NCBI GenBank assembly: GCA_039810585.1
Contig: JBDHXF010000003.1
Span: 13,127 to 77,126, forward strand
From: Chlorobiota bacterium
GTDB lineage: Bacteria; Bacteroidota; Ignavibacteria; Kapaibacteriales; NICIL-2
Direction: 5' to 3'
Length of the DNA stretch: 64,000 nucleotides
Shown here: positions 39,945 through 50,444 of the stretch, piece after piece
Layout of the letters: each line of letters opens with the position of its first letter
Numbering within the stretch: position 1 is the stretch's first letter
Made by a program: the position numbers and the translations under genes
The notes under the pieces: model-generated
What the model was told of the DNA's origin: nothing
Database searches by the model: none
What the model saw: only the letters and a program-made list of their open reading frames with translations

Positions 39945-40718
39945 ATGAAGACAACTCAAAGCACGACAATATCTGCTCTCAAGTCACTATCGACCGATGA
40001 GCGCTTGAATGACGAGACAAGAATCACCCGATTCAAGAGGATTGGGATTGCATGCGCGATGGCGCTCCTTGTGTTTCTTAGCATGAGTGCCACGAGTTCC
40101 GCCCAAACCTCAATAACGATCGGCGGCGGATTGGCCATTCCCAACGATCAAGTCAACAACGTGTACAATTCGCTCAGCATTGCGGATAACACGAGCAAGG
40201 TATGGTCTACACTGCGCGAATCAACCAAACTTGGATATGATCTTAACGTTCGCCTGCGTTTTCCTTTGGCCGAGAGCATCTTCTTTGATGGTGGTGTTGG
40301 CTTTGCACGATTCCCGCAATCGACCATCACCGTTGCCGATCCCTCGAATAACGACACCTTAGTTCAGTTGCTGAGCACACAAAACGTGGTTCCCATCAGT
40401 GCCGGCCTCGACTACTTTCTTTTCCGTTCTGTGATCAGTCCGTACGTGTCGGCAGAGTTGCAGTACAACTACATGAGCAGTACAGTGGATTACGCTGCCG
40501 GTAATGGTATTGGTGTACCGCTTAACTTAGATACAGCACCGGTTGACAGCAGAGTGGGTGCAGCTGTTGGCGCAGGCTTTATGCTGAACCTGGCGATTAC
40601 CTCACTCAACGTCGATCTACGCTACCATATGGTCAACCTCGTAGGTAAGACATCGGATGAGCAATCGAAAAGCTACGTATCCTTAAACCTCGGTCTCGCC
40701 TGGGGCTTTACGAAGTGA
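39945..40718 (+). CDS. Outer-membrane beta-barrel protein (porin/OmpW-like family)
   Basis: The ATG at 39945 is preceded by GGAGAAGGG. Signal peptide ...LLVFLSMSATSSAQT. Alternating amphipathic beta-strands end in a C-terminal Phe-type residue (LGLAWGFTK). Confidence 0.5.
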   Translation: MKTTQSTTISALKSLSTDERLNDETRITRFKRIGIACAMALLVFLSMSATSSAQTSITIGGGLAIPNDQVNNVYNSLSIADNTSKVWSTLRESTKLGYDLNVRLRFPLAESIFFDGGVGFARFPQSTITVADPSNNDTLVQLLSTQNVVPISAGLDYFLFRSVISPYVSAELQYNYMSSTVDYAAGNGIGVPLNLDTAPVDSRVGAAVGAGFMLNLAITSLNVDLRYHMVNLVGKTSDEQSKSYVSLNLGLAWGFTK

Positions 40719-40819
40719 TTGGTAATTCCGGGGGCTAGTCCGAGCACAGGTTCGGTGGCAAGATCGATGGCTTGTTTGGTCGACGTCCAACGGACTCGTA
40801 GGCAGATAGCACATCGGAC

Positions 40820-40856
40820 AAAAAAAAGACCCGATGCATAGGGGTCGCATCAGGTC
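40820..40856 (-). terminator. Intrinsic terminator for ispG (minus strand)
   Basis: Stem GACCCGATGC pairs with GCATCAGGTC (one mismatch). The preceding plus-strand A8 becomes a U8 tail on the minus-strand transcript. Confidence 0.5.
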
Positions 40857-40911
40857 TGAGCATCTTTGCGCAGCATTCAGGGGAGAGAATACTGCTCAAC
40901 TCCTTGGTAAT

Positions 40912-42081
40912 TTACGCAACTGTTTGCGCTTCTTCTTCAGATGTTGGCTGAAAATCCATGATTTCCTGCACAACAGCATCAATAATCTCTTCTTCCTTCA
41001 CTCGCCGGACCACTTCACCTTTGCGATAGAGTATTCCGACGCCCTTGCCAGCGGCAATTCCAATATCCGCTTCGCTTGCCTCACCCGGACCGTTGACTAC
41101 GCAGCCAAGGAGAGCAACTTTGACCGGCTTTTTGATTCCCTTAATTCGACGTTCGATTTCGTTGGTAATTCCGAAGAGGTCAACTTCTAAGCGTCCGCAT
41201 GTTGGACAGGCAATAATTTCCACACTACGCTGAGCCAGGCCCAACGAACGGAGAATATCTTTGCCAACTTCTACTTCGTTTTCGGGTTCGTCGGTAAGTG
41301 AGACGCGAATGGTGTCGCCTATACCTTCAGCGAGCAGCGTTCCAATGCCGACGCTGGACTTGATGGTACCCACGCGCATGGTGCCGGCTTCGGTCACTCC
41401 AAGATGAAGTGCGAAGTCAGTTTTTTCAGCGATGAGGCGATAGGCTTCAATCATAAGCCGAACATCGGTGGATTTGACGGAAATGACCAAATCATCAAAT
41501 CCAAACTCCTGCGATATCTCAACGTGACGCATAGCGCTCTCGAACAGAGCTTGAGCCGTGGGGTAGCCGTGACGTTCGAGGATGTCCTCTTCAAGCGATC
41601 CGCTGTTGACACCAATGCGGATAGGAAGCTGGCGTTCCTTGGCCTTGGTCAATACTTCTTTGATTCGCTCGCGTGAGCCGATGTTTCCCGGATTAATACG
41701 CACGGCGTTGACGCCGGCTTCGATCGACTTGAGGGCGAACACATGGTTGAAATGGATGTCGGCAACAATAGGCACCGTCACACGCTTCATGATCTCGTGC
41801 ATAGCCTCAGCAGCTTCCCATTCGTTTACGGTGATGCGTACGATGTCAGCCCCGGCCTCTGCGCAACGCTGCACTTGAGCAACCGTTGCTTCCACATCGG
41901 CGGTTTTTGTTTTCGTCATCGTCTGTACAGATACCGGCGCGTTGCCGCCAACCGGCACGGAACCGACCATTACTTGACGACTCTTTCGACGTCTGAATGG
42001 CGCGGCAACCATGGGCTGCGCTGAAATGTCGTTGTCTAATACAGGAAGTGAAGTAAGCATAAAGTATAATGTATCGTACAA
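40912..42081 (-). CDS. ispG: 4-hydroxy-3-methylbut-2-enyl diphosphate synthase
   Basis: 389 aa. RRKSRQVMVGSVPVGGNAPVSVQTMT, a TIM-barrel region, and a C-terminal CPTCGR [4Fe-4S] motif. Confidence 0.93.
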   Translation of the reverse strand: MYDTLYFMLTSLPVLDNDISAQPMVAAPFRRRKSRQVMVGSVPVGGNAPVSVQTMTKTKTADVEATVAQVQRCAEAGADIVRITVNEWEAAEAMHEIMKRVTVPIVADIHFNHVFALKSIEAGVNAVRINPGNIGSRERIKEVLTKAKERQLPIRIGVNSGSLEEDILERHGYPTAQALFESAMRHVEISQEFGFDDLVISVKSTDVRLMIEAYRLIAEKTDFALHLGVTEAGTMRVGTIKSSVGIGTLLAEGIGDTIRVSLTDEPENEVEVGKDILRSLGLAQRSVEIIACPTCGRLEVDLFGITNEIERRIKGIKKPVKVALLGCVVNGPGEASEADIGIAAGKGVGILYRKGEVVRRVKEEEIIDAVVQEIMDFQPTSEEEAQTVA

Positions 42082-42214
42082 CCAGAATACACGAACCTAT
42101 GGCGCGTGCAGTGTAGGCCGGAACGGCCTACGAATAAAAAAACCTTTGAAGACCACCGCTCCGTGATTCTAGTGAATCACCGAACACTTTCGACCGAGGC
42201 CTCCCGTGACCGGG

Positions 42215-43192
42215 TCAGGGATTGGTCCGTCTTGAAATTTCCATCAAGATATCTTTCTCCCGCTGATCTAAACTCTCGTAGCCGGATCGATTGATTTTGT
42301 CGTAGATCGCATCGACCGTGTCCTCAGTAATATACTCACCTTTATGAAAGAAAGAGCCACCGTGAAACACTGCCGAGGGCGGGGTTGAATGTGAAAGCGG
42401 CACATCGCGAAAACGGGCTTCACGTACCGGATTGGAGCTGCGATCGTAACGATGCGACGGTTGCTGTTGCATTCTCTCTGTAAAACGCTCTGCCGCTTGA
42501 AAAATGCCGATGCGATCGCCGAACTTCATGAGTAAGAATCCCATCACTGCGCCACCGATGTGCGCAAAATGAGCGATGCCATCGCTTGTCGATGATGCGG
42601 CTGACACTAAATCGATCAGGGCATACATTGCGACGAAGTATTTAGCTGGAATCGGAATGAAAAAGGGAAACATCAATATTGGCCTATTGGGAAAAGTCAT
42701 TCCAAAGGCAATCAACACTCCCATAATGGCACCGGAAGCTCCCACGGTTGCGCCGGCAGAACCGATGGCAATGTGCAGTAAGCCTCCACCGATACCGCAG
42801 AGTAAGTAATAGACGATAAATCGAACCGAGCCCCAGATTTGTTCCAGCTCAGAACCAAACATCCAGAGCGCCAGCATATTGAAGAAAATATGGCCAATGC
42901 CCGCATGCATGAACTGATAGGTGATCAGTTGCCAGTAGGGGTAAAAGAACTCGCTTCCCATCGGCATTAACGCGCCATGAACTTCGAACCAGGTTTGTAA
43001 CGACAATCCGTCGATACCCACGGAATCCGGAAGAAGGTTTTGCAGGAGAAACACGATGAGATTCAGCCCAATCAACCACTTGATGGCCGGTGGGATGAGT
43101 GAGTAGGGACTGGGACGATATTGAGTGTACCTGGACATGCTCTTGGTTGTTTTTTTGCTTAGGACGTTAGGCTGCTGTTCACATTGTGTCAT
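42215..43192 (-). CDS. Rhomboid family intramembrane serine protease with C-terminal soluble extension
   Basis: Catalytic GASGAIMGV (GxSG) and AHIGG His motifs in a 6-TM core, plus a ~100-aa C-terminal tail. Confidence 0.8.
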   Translation of the reverse strand: MTQCEQQPNVLSKKTTKSMSRYTQYRPSPYSLIPPAIKWLIGLNLIVFLLQNLLPDSVGIDGLSLQTWFEVHGALMPMGSEFFYPYWQLITYQFMHAGIGHIFFNMLALWMFGSELEQIWGSVRFIVYYLLCGIGGGLLHIAIGSAGATVGASGAIMGVLIAFGMTFPNRPILMFPFFIPIPAKYFVAMYALIDLVSAASSTSDGIAHFAHIGGAVMGFLLMKFGDRIGIFQAAERFTERMQQQPSHRYDRSSNPVREARFRDVPLSHSTPPSAVFHGGSFFHKGEYITEDTVDAIYDKINRSGYESLDQREKDILMEISRRTNP

Positions 43193-43276
43193 GCATCCTC
43201 AGGCTACGGCTCGCGTCCACATCGGATAGGCAGCTTCGCTCACACAATGTGCTCGAAGTGAACCCAACACGTAGCT

Positions 43277-44467
43277 CTACGCTGCTTCATCCAAAATGAC
43301 GATACCCGGTAGTTCTTTGCCTTCCAGGAACTCCAAAGAGGCACCACCACCGGTCGAAACGTGCGACACCGAATTCTTCAATCCGGCTTGCGCGATCGCA
43401 GCGGCCGAATCGCCCCCACCAACAATTGTCGTGGCACCATGAGTGGTTGCTTCTGCCAATGCCTCGGCGACAGCAAAGGTACCTTTGTTGAAGGCTTCCA
43501 TTTCGAAAACGCCCATCGGGCCATTCCACACGATGGTTTTCGACGAAAGAATTGTGGATCGGAACACTGCTACCGATTCTGGGCCAATGTCCAGTATGCG
43601 CCATCCCTCAGGAACCGCGTCGACACTTACAACTTGCGTGTTCGCCGCCGCATCAAAGGCATCGGCAATGATGGCATCAGAGGGAAGGACAAGTTTGTCG
43701 TTAGCGGTAGCAAGCAGCTCTTTTGCCAACGCGATCTTGTCATGCTCACACAGCGAGTCGCCAATCCCCAGGCCTTGCGCCGCAAAGAAGGTATTGGCCA
43801 TTCCACCGCCTATGATAATACGATCGGCTTTGGTGAGCAGATTGGATATCACGTCAATCTTATCGGAGACTTTGGACCCGCCCAAAATGGCGCAGAACGG
43901 TCGCACCGGATTCTGCAGAGCCTGTCCCAAATACTGCAACTCCTTGGCTATCAAATACCCTGCGGCTCGCTTGCCGACAAACAATCTCGCCACACCCTCG
44001 GTGCTTGCATGAGCGCGGTGAGCGGTGCCAAAGGCATCGTTGACATACACGTCGCCAAGCTCCGCCAATTGCGCACAGAAGGTCGCGTCGTTTGCTTCCT
44101 CCTCAGGGTGGAAACGCAAATTTTCCAATACCAACACATCGCCATCGCTCATGGCATGAACAGCTGCAGCAGCGGCGTCACCAACGCAATCAGGCGCCAA
44201 GGGAACCGGACAGCCGAGTAATTCGCTAAGTCGCTTCGCCGCAGGTGCCAGCGTGTACTTTGGGTTGACTTTACCCTTGGGACGTCCAAGGTGCGACATC
44301 AGAATAGTCTTCGCACCTGCCTCGCGAATTCGGCGTATGGTGGGAAGCGATTCCACAATGCGCGTATCGTCTGTGATAGAACCATTCTCGTCAAGCGGCA
44401 CATTAAAATCAACACGTACAAGAACTCTCTTGTGTGCTATAGCGATATCGTCAATGGTGTGTATCAT
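43277..44467 (-). CDS. pgk: Phosphoglycerate kinase
   Basis: [13 protein letters not shown] near the N-terminus, with PGK signatures throughout. The start ATG at complement 44465-44467 is preferred; 44485 and 44509 are also possible. Confidence 0.93.
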   Translation of the reverse strand: MIHTIDDIAIAHKRVLVRVDFNVPLDENGSITDDTRIVESLPTIRRIREAGAKTILMSHLGRPKGKVNPKYTLAPAAKRLSELLGCPVPLAPDCVGDAAAAAVHAMSDGDVLVLENLRFHPEEEANDATFCAQLAELGDVYVNDAFGTAHRAHASTEGVARLFVGKRAAGYLIAKELQYLGQALQNPVRPFCAILGGSKVSDKIDVISNLLTKADRIIIGGGMANTFFAAQGLGIGDSLCEHDKIALAKELLATANDKLVLPSDAIIADAFDAAANTQVVSVDAVPEGWRILDIGPESVAVFRSTILSSKTIVWNGPMGVFEMEAFNKGTFAVAEALAEATTHGATTIVGGGDSAAAIAQAGLKNSVSHVSTGGGASLEFLEGKELPGIVILDEAA

Positions 44468-44524
44468 GGTCGTTGCAAAGGTCATTATTCGTGCGCAGCT
44501 GCGCTGCACACTGTCGGTGATGAA

Positions 44525-45586
44525 CTACGAAGCCGTTGTGCTTTCCGTGGCCAAGCGCTGCCTCTGGTCGAGCAGCGAAATACGCACGCCAATGCTCAGC
44601 AGCCAGAAATACAGGAGTGTAAAGCCCGAGAGCGAGAGCGAGAAAATCATGGCCTTTGTCAGGTCGATAGTGTCTTGCTGTGGACTCAATATGGGTCCGC
44701 TATTGCTATCGTCACTCGAACCCGGATGCAAACTCTGCGTAATGCGCGATACGATAAACATGAGAAAGAGCGCGGCCACACACGCAACAATAGCGTACAC
44801 ACTTGATAAACGAGCTCTGCGATCCGGTTCCGCAATGGAGGATCGCAGTGCGAAATAAGCGCCGTAGATCAAGAGCAATATCAGAATCGAGATTTCGCGC
44901 GAATCCCAGTTGAAGAAATGTCCCCAGTTGAATTTCGCCCACACCGCACCGGTCACATACGCCAAGACGCAAAACAAGGTGCCAATGGCCGCGGAATTCG
45001 CAGCCTTTGTTTCCCAGATGAGATCTGAGCTGCGCAAGAAACGGAAGGAGTACATCAGTGCGATGAAGAAAGCCAGGAATGCAACCCACGACATCGGCAC
45101 ATGAAAAAACATCACGCGCGAACGCTCTTCAAGTGCAGGTATATAGGGCAGCATGATGGCGGGCCGAGCTCCACACACTTCGAGAACCGTGAAGTCGTTG
45201 TGCGCATCGCCATTCTGTACGCGAAGGCAGAGATCCGAACCAATGCTTTTCGCCGCCGACGCACTTTGGCTGTCGGCAAAATGAAGCTGCAGGTCCGGAA
45301 GGCCGCTAGCCTGGTGTAGCGTAACGATGCGTCCGGTGGAATCGACACTCGACCAATCGGGTGAACAGATGACTCGAATGTCCTGGTTGACAAGGTGCAG
45401 GGCCTTTGCACGAACGGCGTCCTGAAAGGTACCAACCAGCGGCGGATACAGAGCCAAGAACACCGTGGCTGAGATGATGGCCAAGCAAGCCACTTTCATG
45501 ACGCGGCTACGAGGTTTCTCGATGGCCGGAATAAGTCCGAGAACAAAAGGAATGACAAGACCGGCTACGTAGAATAAAAATTTCAT
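44525..45586 (-). CDS. ccmC: Cytochrome c-type biogenesis protein CcmC with ~130-aa N-terminal extension
   Basis: The CcmC core reads RVMFFHVPMSWVAFLAFF with WWD domain WAKFNWGHFFNWDSRE. The N-terminus has two extra TM segments plus a ~90-aa soluble insert not present in E. coli CcmC. Confidence 0.7.
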   Translation of the reverse strand: MKFLFYVAGLVIPFVLGLIPAIEKPRSRVMKVACLAIISATVFLALYPPLVGTFQDAVRAKALHLVNQDIRVICSPDWSSVDSTGRIVTLHQASGLPDLQLHFADSQSASAAKSIGSDLCLRVQNGDAHNDFTVLEVCGARPAIMLPYIPALEERSRVMFFHVPMSWVAFLAFFIALMYSFRFLRSSDLIWETKAANSAAIGTLFCVLAYVTGAVWAKFNWGHFFNWDSREISILILLLIYGAYFALRSSIAEPDRRARLSSVYAIVACVAALFLMFIVSRITQSLHPGSSDDSNSGPILSPQQDTIDLTKAMIFSLSLSGFTLLYFWLLSIGVRISLLDQRQRLATESTTAS

Positions 45587-45626
45587 GCGATTCGAGTTCT
45601 ACAGTGAGCTGAGAAACTAGGCGCGG

Positions 45627-46808
45627 TTATGATTTGCGCGATTCGAGGGCACGGCGTAAACGACCCAACGCTTCCTCAATGTTTTCAACGCTGTTCGCGT
45701 ATGAAAAACGAACAAAGCCCTCTCCCTCAGAACCAAAGGCCGTTCCGCTAAGGCAGGCAACGCCTGCTTCGTAAAGGAAGAAATCGGCGCATTCTTGAGA
45801 GCTCATGCCTGTGCCAGTAATATTGGGGAACACGTAGAAGGCGCCCTTTGGCGAGTGACAACGCATGCCCGGTAGCGAGTTGAGGCCGGCAACAATCACA
45901 TCGCGGCGACGCTTGAATTCGGCAATGAACTCATGCACACGAGGCAGAGAATTGTCCGACAACGCTTCAATTCCGGCGATTTGGGAAAAAGAAGGAGCAC
46001 AGCTCGTACAGTTGGTTTGCAGTTTGGCTACGACCTTTGCCAGTTCTTCGGGCATTAAGCCATAGCCAAGACGCCAACCCGTCATGGCGAAGGTCTTCGA
46101 GAAACCCTCGAGCACGATAGTTCGCTCTTTCATCCCGGGGAACTGCGTGATGCTTTCATGCTGAAATCCGTCGTAGGTAACCTGTGAATAGATCTCATCG
46201 GAAAAGACCATGAAGTCATGCTTGACAGCCAGTTCGGCAATCTGACGTAAATCATCTTTGGTAAGAATGCCACCTGTAGGATTCTGCGGAGTGTTGAGGA
46301 TAAGCATCCGCGTACGAGGTGTGATGCGCGCCTCGAGATCGGCAATGTCGAAGCGGAATTCCTTTTCCTCGCGTAAGGGCAAAGGAACCGGAGTGGCCTT
46401 CAAGAAATTGATGACAGACTCGTAAATGGGGAAACCGGGATTTGGGTAAATCACTTCGTCGCCTTCGTTAATAACAGCCATCAGTCCGTAGAAGATGATG
46501 GGCTTTGCGCCGGGGACGATAACGACTTCGTTTGCCGTGTAGGGAGCAGCATTTCGCGTCTTGTTGAAATACGCAGCACAGGCTTCACGAGCCTGGGGTA
46601 AACCGGCCGAGGGACCGTAATGGGTCCACGAATTGTCGAGCGCAGACTTGGCGGCCTCAATGATATTCGACGGTGTGTCGAAATCCGGTTCGCCAATTTC
46701 CAGGTGAACAATACTCTTTCCCTGTGCTTCAAGAGCGCGTGCGCGTACAAGGACTTCAAATGCTGTTTCAGTTCCCAGGCGGGAGATACGTTCTGCGATG
46801 TGCATCAT
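45627..46808 (-). CDS. Pyridoxal-phosphate-dependent aminotransferase, class I (aspartate aminotransferase-like)
   Basis: IVHLEIGEPDFDTP...; a PLP lysine region; ~390 aa from the MMHIAER start. Confidence 0.85.
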   Translation of the reverse strand: MMHIAERISRLGTETAFEVLVRARALEAQGKSIVHLEIGEPDFDTPSNIIEAAKSALDNSWTHYGPSAGLPQAREACAAYFNKTRNAAPYTANEVVIVPGAKPIIFYGLMAVINEGDEVIYPNPGFPIYESVINFLKATPVPLPLREEKEFRFDIADLEARITPRTRMLILNTPQNPTGGILTKDDLRQIAELAVKHDFMVFSDEIYSQVTYDGFQHESITQFPGMKERTIVLEGFSKTFAMTGWRLGYGLMPEELAKVVAKLQTNCTSCAPSFSQIAGIEALSDNSLPRVHEFIAEFKRRRDVIVAGLNSLPGMRCHSPKGAFYVFPNITGTGMSSQECADFFLYEAGVACLSGTAFGSEGEGFVRFSYANSVENIEEALGRLRRALESRKS

Positions 46809-46922
46809 AAAATTGGAAGAGTGTAAGTGGCTGGGTGAAGCTCCCACGTTGCCATGGAAGAGAAAGTACGACGCTTACAGCAAAACTACACAGACGGCAA
46901 AGTGACGCGAGCTGACGAGTCA

Positions 46923-47417
46923 CTAGATCTGGGAGTCGGACGCAGAAGCGGTATGAGAATTAGCCTCATCAACATGCTCTATGCGAATCTCACGGGTGTT
47001 GTCCTGTTCCTCGTTTTGCGAGAAAACCACATTAAATCGCGAACCCGGTAGATGACCGTTAGCTTTTTCAGCCCATTCCACCAGTTTGATGCTGTTATGT
47101 GAATACATACAGTCGTCAAATCCGATGTCGTCCAGTTCGTTCGTTGTCTTAATGCGAAAGAGGTCAACGTGATAGATCTTCAGCGCATCATGCTGCCGAT
47201 CTTCGCCGTCGTATTGATTCATGATGGTGTAGGTGGGGCTGGAAACGATGTCGCTCACGCGGAAGAAGTCGCAAATTCCTTTGACAAATTCCGTTTTCCC
47301 GGCACCGAGTTCGCCATAGAGTGTCACGACATCCCCCAAGTGCAGTCGTTCAGCAAACTTTTTCCCTAATTCTATCGTTTCTTCTTCTGAAAATGTCGTG
47401 TGTATCTCTGGGTCCAT
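46923..47417 (-). CDS. tsaE: tRNA threonylcarbamoyladenosine biosynthesis ATPase TsaE
   Basis: 164 aa. P-loop GELGAGKTEFVKGI and the conserved SPTYTI block. Confidence 0.85.
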   Translation of the reverse strand: MDPEIHTTFSEEETIELGKKFAERLHLGDVVTLYGELGAGKTEFVKGICDFFRVSDIVSSPTYTIMNQYDGEDRQHDALKIYHVDLFRIKTTNELDDIGFDDCMYSHNSIKLVEWAEKANGHLPGSRFNVVFSQNEEQDNTREIRIEHVDEANSHTASASDSQI

Positions 47418-47461
47418 TGAAGGCTCTGAGTGGAAGACAAAGCAAGTAGGCGATTAGACGG

Positions 47462-47494
47462 AAAAAAGCGGGACGGATCGTGTCAGCCCCGCTT
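47462..47494 (-). terminator. Intrinsic terminator for the porX-like gene (minus strand)
   Basis: Stem AAGCGGG, 15-nt loop, stem CCCGCTT. The plus-strand A5 becomes a U-tail on the minus-strand transcript. Confidence 0.5.
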
Positions 47495-47514
47495 GCCAAT
47501 ATCAGTCTTATGCA

Positions 47515-49083
47515 CTACTTGACTTCCAAAATTACAACGGGAAGCATCATTTCCTCTAAGGAAATTCCGCCGTGTTGGAAGCCGTCTTTGTACTTGTTCA
47601 AGTAGTGGTGGTAGTCCGTAGGATAGACGAAATAGAAGTCCTCTTTGGCAATAATCATGTTCGAGGTCACTGAGGCGCGAGGCAGCCTGATATCCTCAGG
47701 ATTTTTCACCTGCATCGCGTGCCGATCCTCAGCTTTCACACTGCGTCCCATTTTGTATCGAAGGTTTGTCGATGTTTCTCGATCACCGAGCACTTTTACG
47801 CCGTGCATGCACCGAATGGAACCATGATCGGTGGTAATGACAACGTCCACATCCGGCATTCCGGCCAAGGTCTTGAGCATGCCGTAGAAACTCGAATGCT
47901 GGAACCACGACCGAGTGAGCGAGCGATAGGCAGACTCATCCGGTGCAATCTCCCGGAGTATGGCATGGTCCGAACGTGAGTGCGCAATCATGTCCACAGC
48001 ATTGACAACAATAGTTGTTAGCTGAGATTTCGCCAATCGGTGAATGTCGTTTTCCACTCGTTTGCCAAAGTCGGTATCTACAATTTTCAAGTAATGCAGA
48101 TCGCCTTTCAGTTCGATGTGTCGACGTTTCAAGAATGCTTCGAGTAATTCCTTTTCGTGGGCGTTCTGGCTGTGTTCAGAATCGGATTCATCCGGCGCCC
48201 ACTGTGGATAGTGTTTCGATATCTCTGCAGGATACAAACCGCTAAATATCGAGTTGCGAGCATAGGGAGTGGCCGTTGGCAAAATGGAGCTGTAGAAGTG
48301 CTTTTCTACGTTGAAGAGGGGACGGATGAACTCCTCCATGACCAACCATTGATCGAGGCGCATACAGTCGATCACAAAAAACACGGTATTGCGCCCTTTG
48401 CGCAAACGCGGTACAACAAACTCGTCCAAGATGTGCGGCGAAAGAACCGGGGTGTTGTCCTGCACCTTGTCCACAAGCCAGTTCCGATACTGATCACTCA
48501 CATACTTTGAAAAGAGACGGTTGCACTCGTGCATTTGGTCGCTTACCATCTGGGTGAGACCAAGTTCCGGATGGGCGTCCAGTTCCATGCTCCATTGCAC
48601 CAACTTTTGATACAGCTCTAACCAGTCAGTCCACGACAAGTTGTCGTGCAAACGACTGCTGATCTCATTAAAACCCTGAAAATACTCCTGCGTGATTTTC
48701 TGCTCAGCGATCTTCCTAGACTCGAGAAACTTCTTGCACGCGGCCAGGATTTGCGCCGGATTTACGGGCTTGGTTAAGTAATCGTCAATCTTCCTGCCAA
48801 TAGCCTCATCCATGAGCGATTCCTGCTCGTTCTTGGTGACCATGACCACAGGGCGCGAGGCATCTTGTGCCTTGAGCTCGATCAGGACGTCGAGCCCGCT
48901 CATGCCTACCATACTCTCGTCCAGGAAAACCAAGCCGAAGCTGTGCTGCTTGCAGAGCTCGATGGCGTCCTCGCCGTTGGACGCAGTGGCGACGTTGTAT
49001 CCTCGTTGTTCGAGAAGGATGATGTGCGGTCTTAGGAGATCGATTTCGTCATCGACCCAGAGAATGGCTTTTTGCTGCTCCAT
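47515..49083 (-). CDS. porX: PorX-like response regulator: CheY-like receiver fused to PglZ (alkaline-phosphatase superfamily) domain
   Basis: Receiver ILWVDDEIDLLRPHIILLEQRGYNV...VFLDESM. The C-terminal ~350 aa resemble a PglZ domain. The start ATG at complement 49081-49083 was chosen over the track start. Confidence 0.7.
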   Translation of the reverse strand: MEQQKAILWVDDEIDLLRPHIILLEQRGYNVATASNGEDAIELCKQHSFGLVFLDESMVGMSGLDVLIELKAQDASRPVVMVTKNEQESLMDEAIGRKIDDYLTKPVNPAQILAACKKFLESRKIAEQKITQEYFQGFNEISSRLHDNLSWTDWLELYQKLVQWSMELDAHPELGLTQMVSDQMHECNRLFSKYVSDQYRNWLVDKVQDNTPVLSPHILDEFVVPRLRKGRNTVFFVIDCMRLDQWLVMEEFIRPLFNVEKHFYSSILPTATPYARNSIFSGLYPAEISKHYPQWAPDESDSEHSQNAHEKELLEAFLKRRHIELKGDLHYLKIVDTDFGKRVENDIHRLAKSQLTTIVVNAVDMIAHSRSDHAILREIAPDESAYRSLTRSWFQHSSFYGMLKTLAGMPDVDVVITTDHGSIRCMHGVKVLGDRETSTNLRYKMGRSVKAEDRHAMQVKNPEDIRLPRASVTSNMIIAKEDFYFVYPTDYHHYLNKYKDGFQHGGISLEEMMLPVVILEVK

Positions 49084-49320
49084 TGCGTGAGGTATCCGTG
49101 TAGTTAATGAAATGTCACAACCGTAGCAATGAGCATAGAGTGCGCAGAGGGTAAGAAAGACTGCATGCAAACTAACGAACGAGGCTGACTCTTTAGTGTA
49201 GGGGATTTTACGGCTTTCCGCCATCCCGTGTGTTACAGGAAGCGGTCACTCTCGAATTATATGAGGTGGTTGCTTTCCGCGTCATAGTTTTGAGCATCCA
49301 ATCACTCGATTCTGTACCCT

Positions 49321-49776
49321 ATGCAAAACAGCTTACCGGAACCCAGAAATCCCTTCTTTCGAGAACGCATTCTCGAACAACTCACGCGGCAGGAGTTTAT
49401 GAAGCACATCCATTGTCGGCTTACGACTATTGAGCCGGCTCATGTGATAGCGGAAATCGAACTTGGCGCCATGCATCGCCAGCAGTCGGGCTTGACTCAT
49501 GGCGGTGTAATCGCAACAATTGCTGATGTCGCAGCCGGCTTCGCCGGGTTTAGTTTGATTGCGGAGGATCAACAGATGGTGACTGCCGATATCAAAGTGT
49601 CGTACTATTATCCTGCCGTTGGTCATCGTCTGCGAGCGGATGGAAAAGTTCTGAAACATGGCAGCACACTTAGCTTTTGCGAGGCAGACATCTACTCACT
49701 TGGTGCCAACAACGAGGCCTTATTGGTAGCTCGGGCAACAGCCACCATGGCCATCGTGAAAGCACCCACGGCGTAG
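49321..49776 (+). CDS. PaaI-family hotdog-fold thioesterase
   Basis: 151 aa; HGGVIATIADVAAGFAG matches the hotdog thioesterase signature. Confidence 0.7.
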   Translation: MQNSLPEPRNPFFRERILEQLTRQEFMKHIHCRLTTIEPAHVIAEIELGAMHRQQSGLTHGGVIATIADVAAGFAGFSLIAEDQQMVTADIKVSYYYPAVGHRLRADGKVLKHGSTLSFCEADIYSLGANNEALLVARATATMAIVKAPTA

Positions 49777-49878
49777 TGTGGAGTTGCGTGAGCTGTCCGT
49801 CGACCGTGACTCTCTGAATACAGTTAGCGTCGTATATTTGCGTAATTAATTGGTTTCACTCAACCTTGTTTTCTGACA

Positions 49879-50226
49879 ATGGCTATTTACATTACATCGG
49901 ATTGCATTAACTGTGGTGCCTGCGAACCGGAGTGTCCGAACACCGCTATTTATGAGGGTGGTGCGAGTTGGAGTTTAGCCGGAACAGAGTATTCTGATTC
50001 CACCTCACCGGCAGGCTTTTCACGCGAATTCTGGTCAGACTCGTTTTACTATATCGTTCCTGACAAGTGCACAGAGTGTGTTGGTTTTCATGATGAACCG
50101 CAATGCGCTGCTGTCTGCCCGGTTGACTGCTGTTTACCGGATCCGGAATGCGTAGAATCGAAAGAACAACTTGAAGCTAAAGTGGCTCAACTGGACGGTA
50201 TCGACCCAGGTCGTCGTCGCGATTAA
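49879..50226 (+). CDS. 4Fe-4S ferredoxin
   Basis: Two cluster motifs: [13 protein letters not shown] and [21 protein letters not shown]. Confidence 0.85.
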   Translation: MAIYITSDCINCGACEPECPNTAIYEGGASWSLAGTEYSDSTSPAGFSREFWSDSFYYIVPDKCTECVGFHDEPQCAAVCPVDCCLPDPECVESKEQLEAKVAQLDGIDPGRRRD

Positions 50227-50300
50227 AGTGACGAGGTCTCGTCGCCATTGTTGAGTCTAAAGTTTGTGAGATAGTGACTCGAAACAGAGTCGACGCTTGT

Positions 50301-50356
50301 GAGCATTTCTCTTCACCGTGCGCATCCGCGCGCAGAGAGAAATGCTCTTTTTTTTT
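50301..50356 (+). terminator. Intrinsic terminator after the ferredoxin gene
   Basis: 12-bp stem GAGCATTTCTCT / AGAGAAATGCTC followed by T9. A second hairpin with a U-rich tail lies at 50373-50400 and could serve the convergent minus-strand gene. Confidence 0.6.
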
Positions 50357-50444
50357 CGTTGCTGAAAACACAAAAGCCGAGGTTGCCCGGCTTTTGCTTT
50401 CATCATAGTACACGAACCAGCGCGAGATTTCCTCGCTTTCCTTT

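Noticed and set aside
43361-44221. 286-aa plus-strand ORF antisense to pgk
   Set aside because: pgk identity on the minus strand is unambiguous. The antisense ORF is Arg/Gly-rich with no domains.
47515-49083. PglZ domain as part of a BREX/Pgl phage-defence system
   Set aside because: The PglZ domain is fused to a CheY-like receiver, which is the PorX architecture. No brxA/B/C, pglX or brxL neighbours are present.
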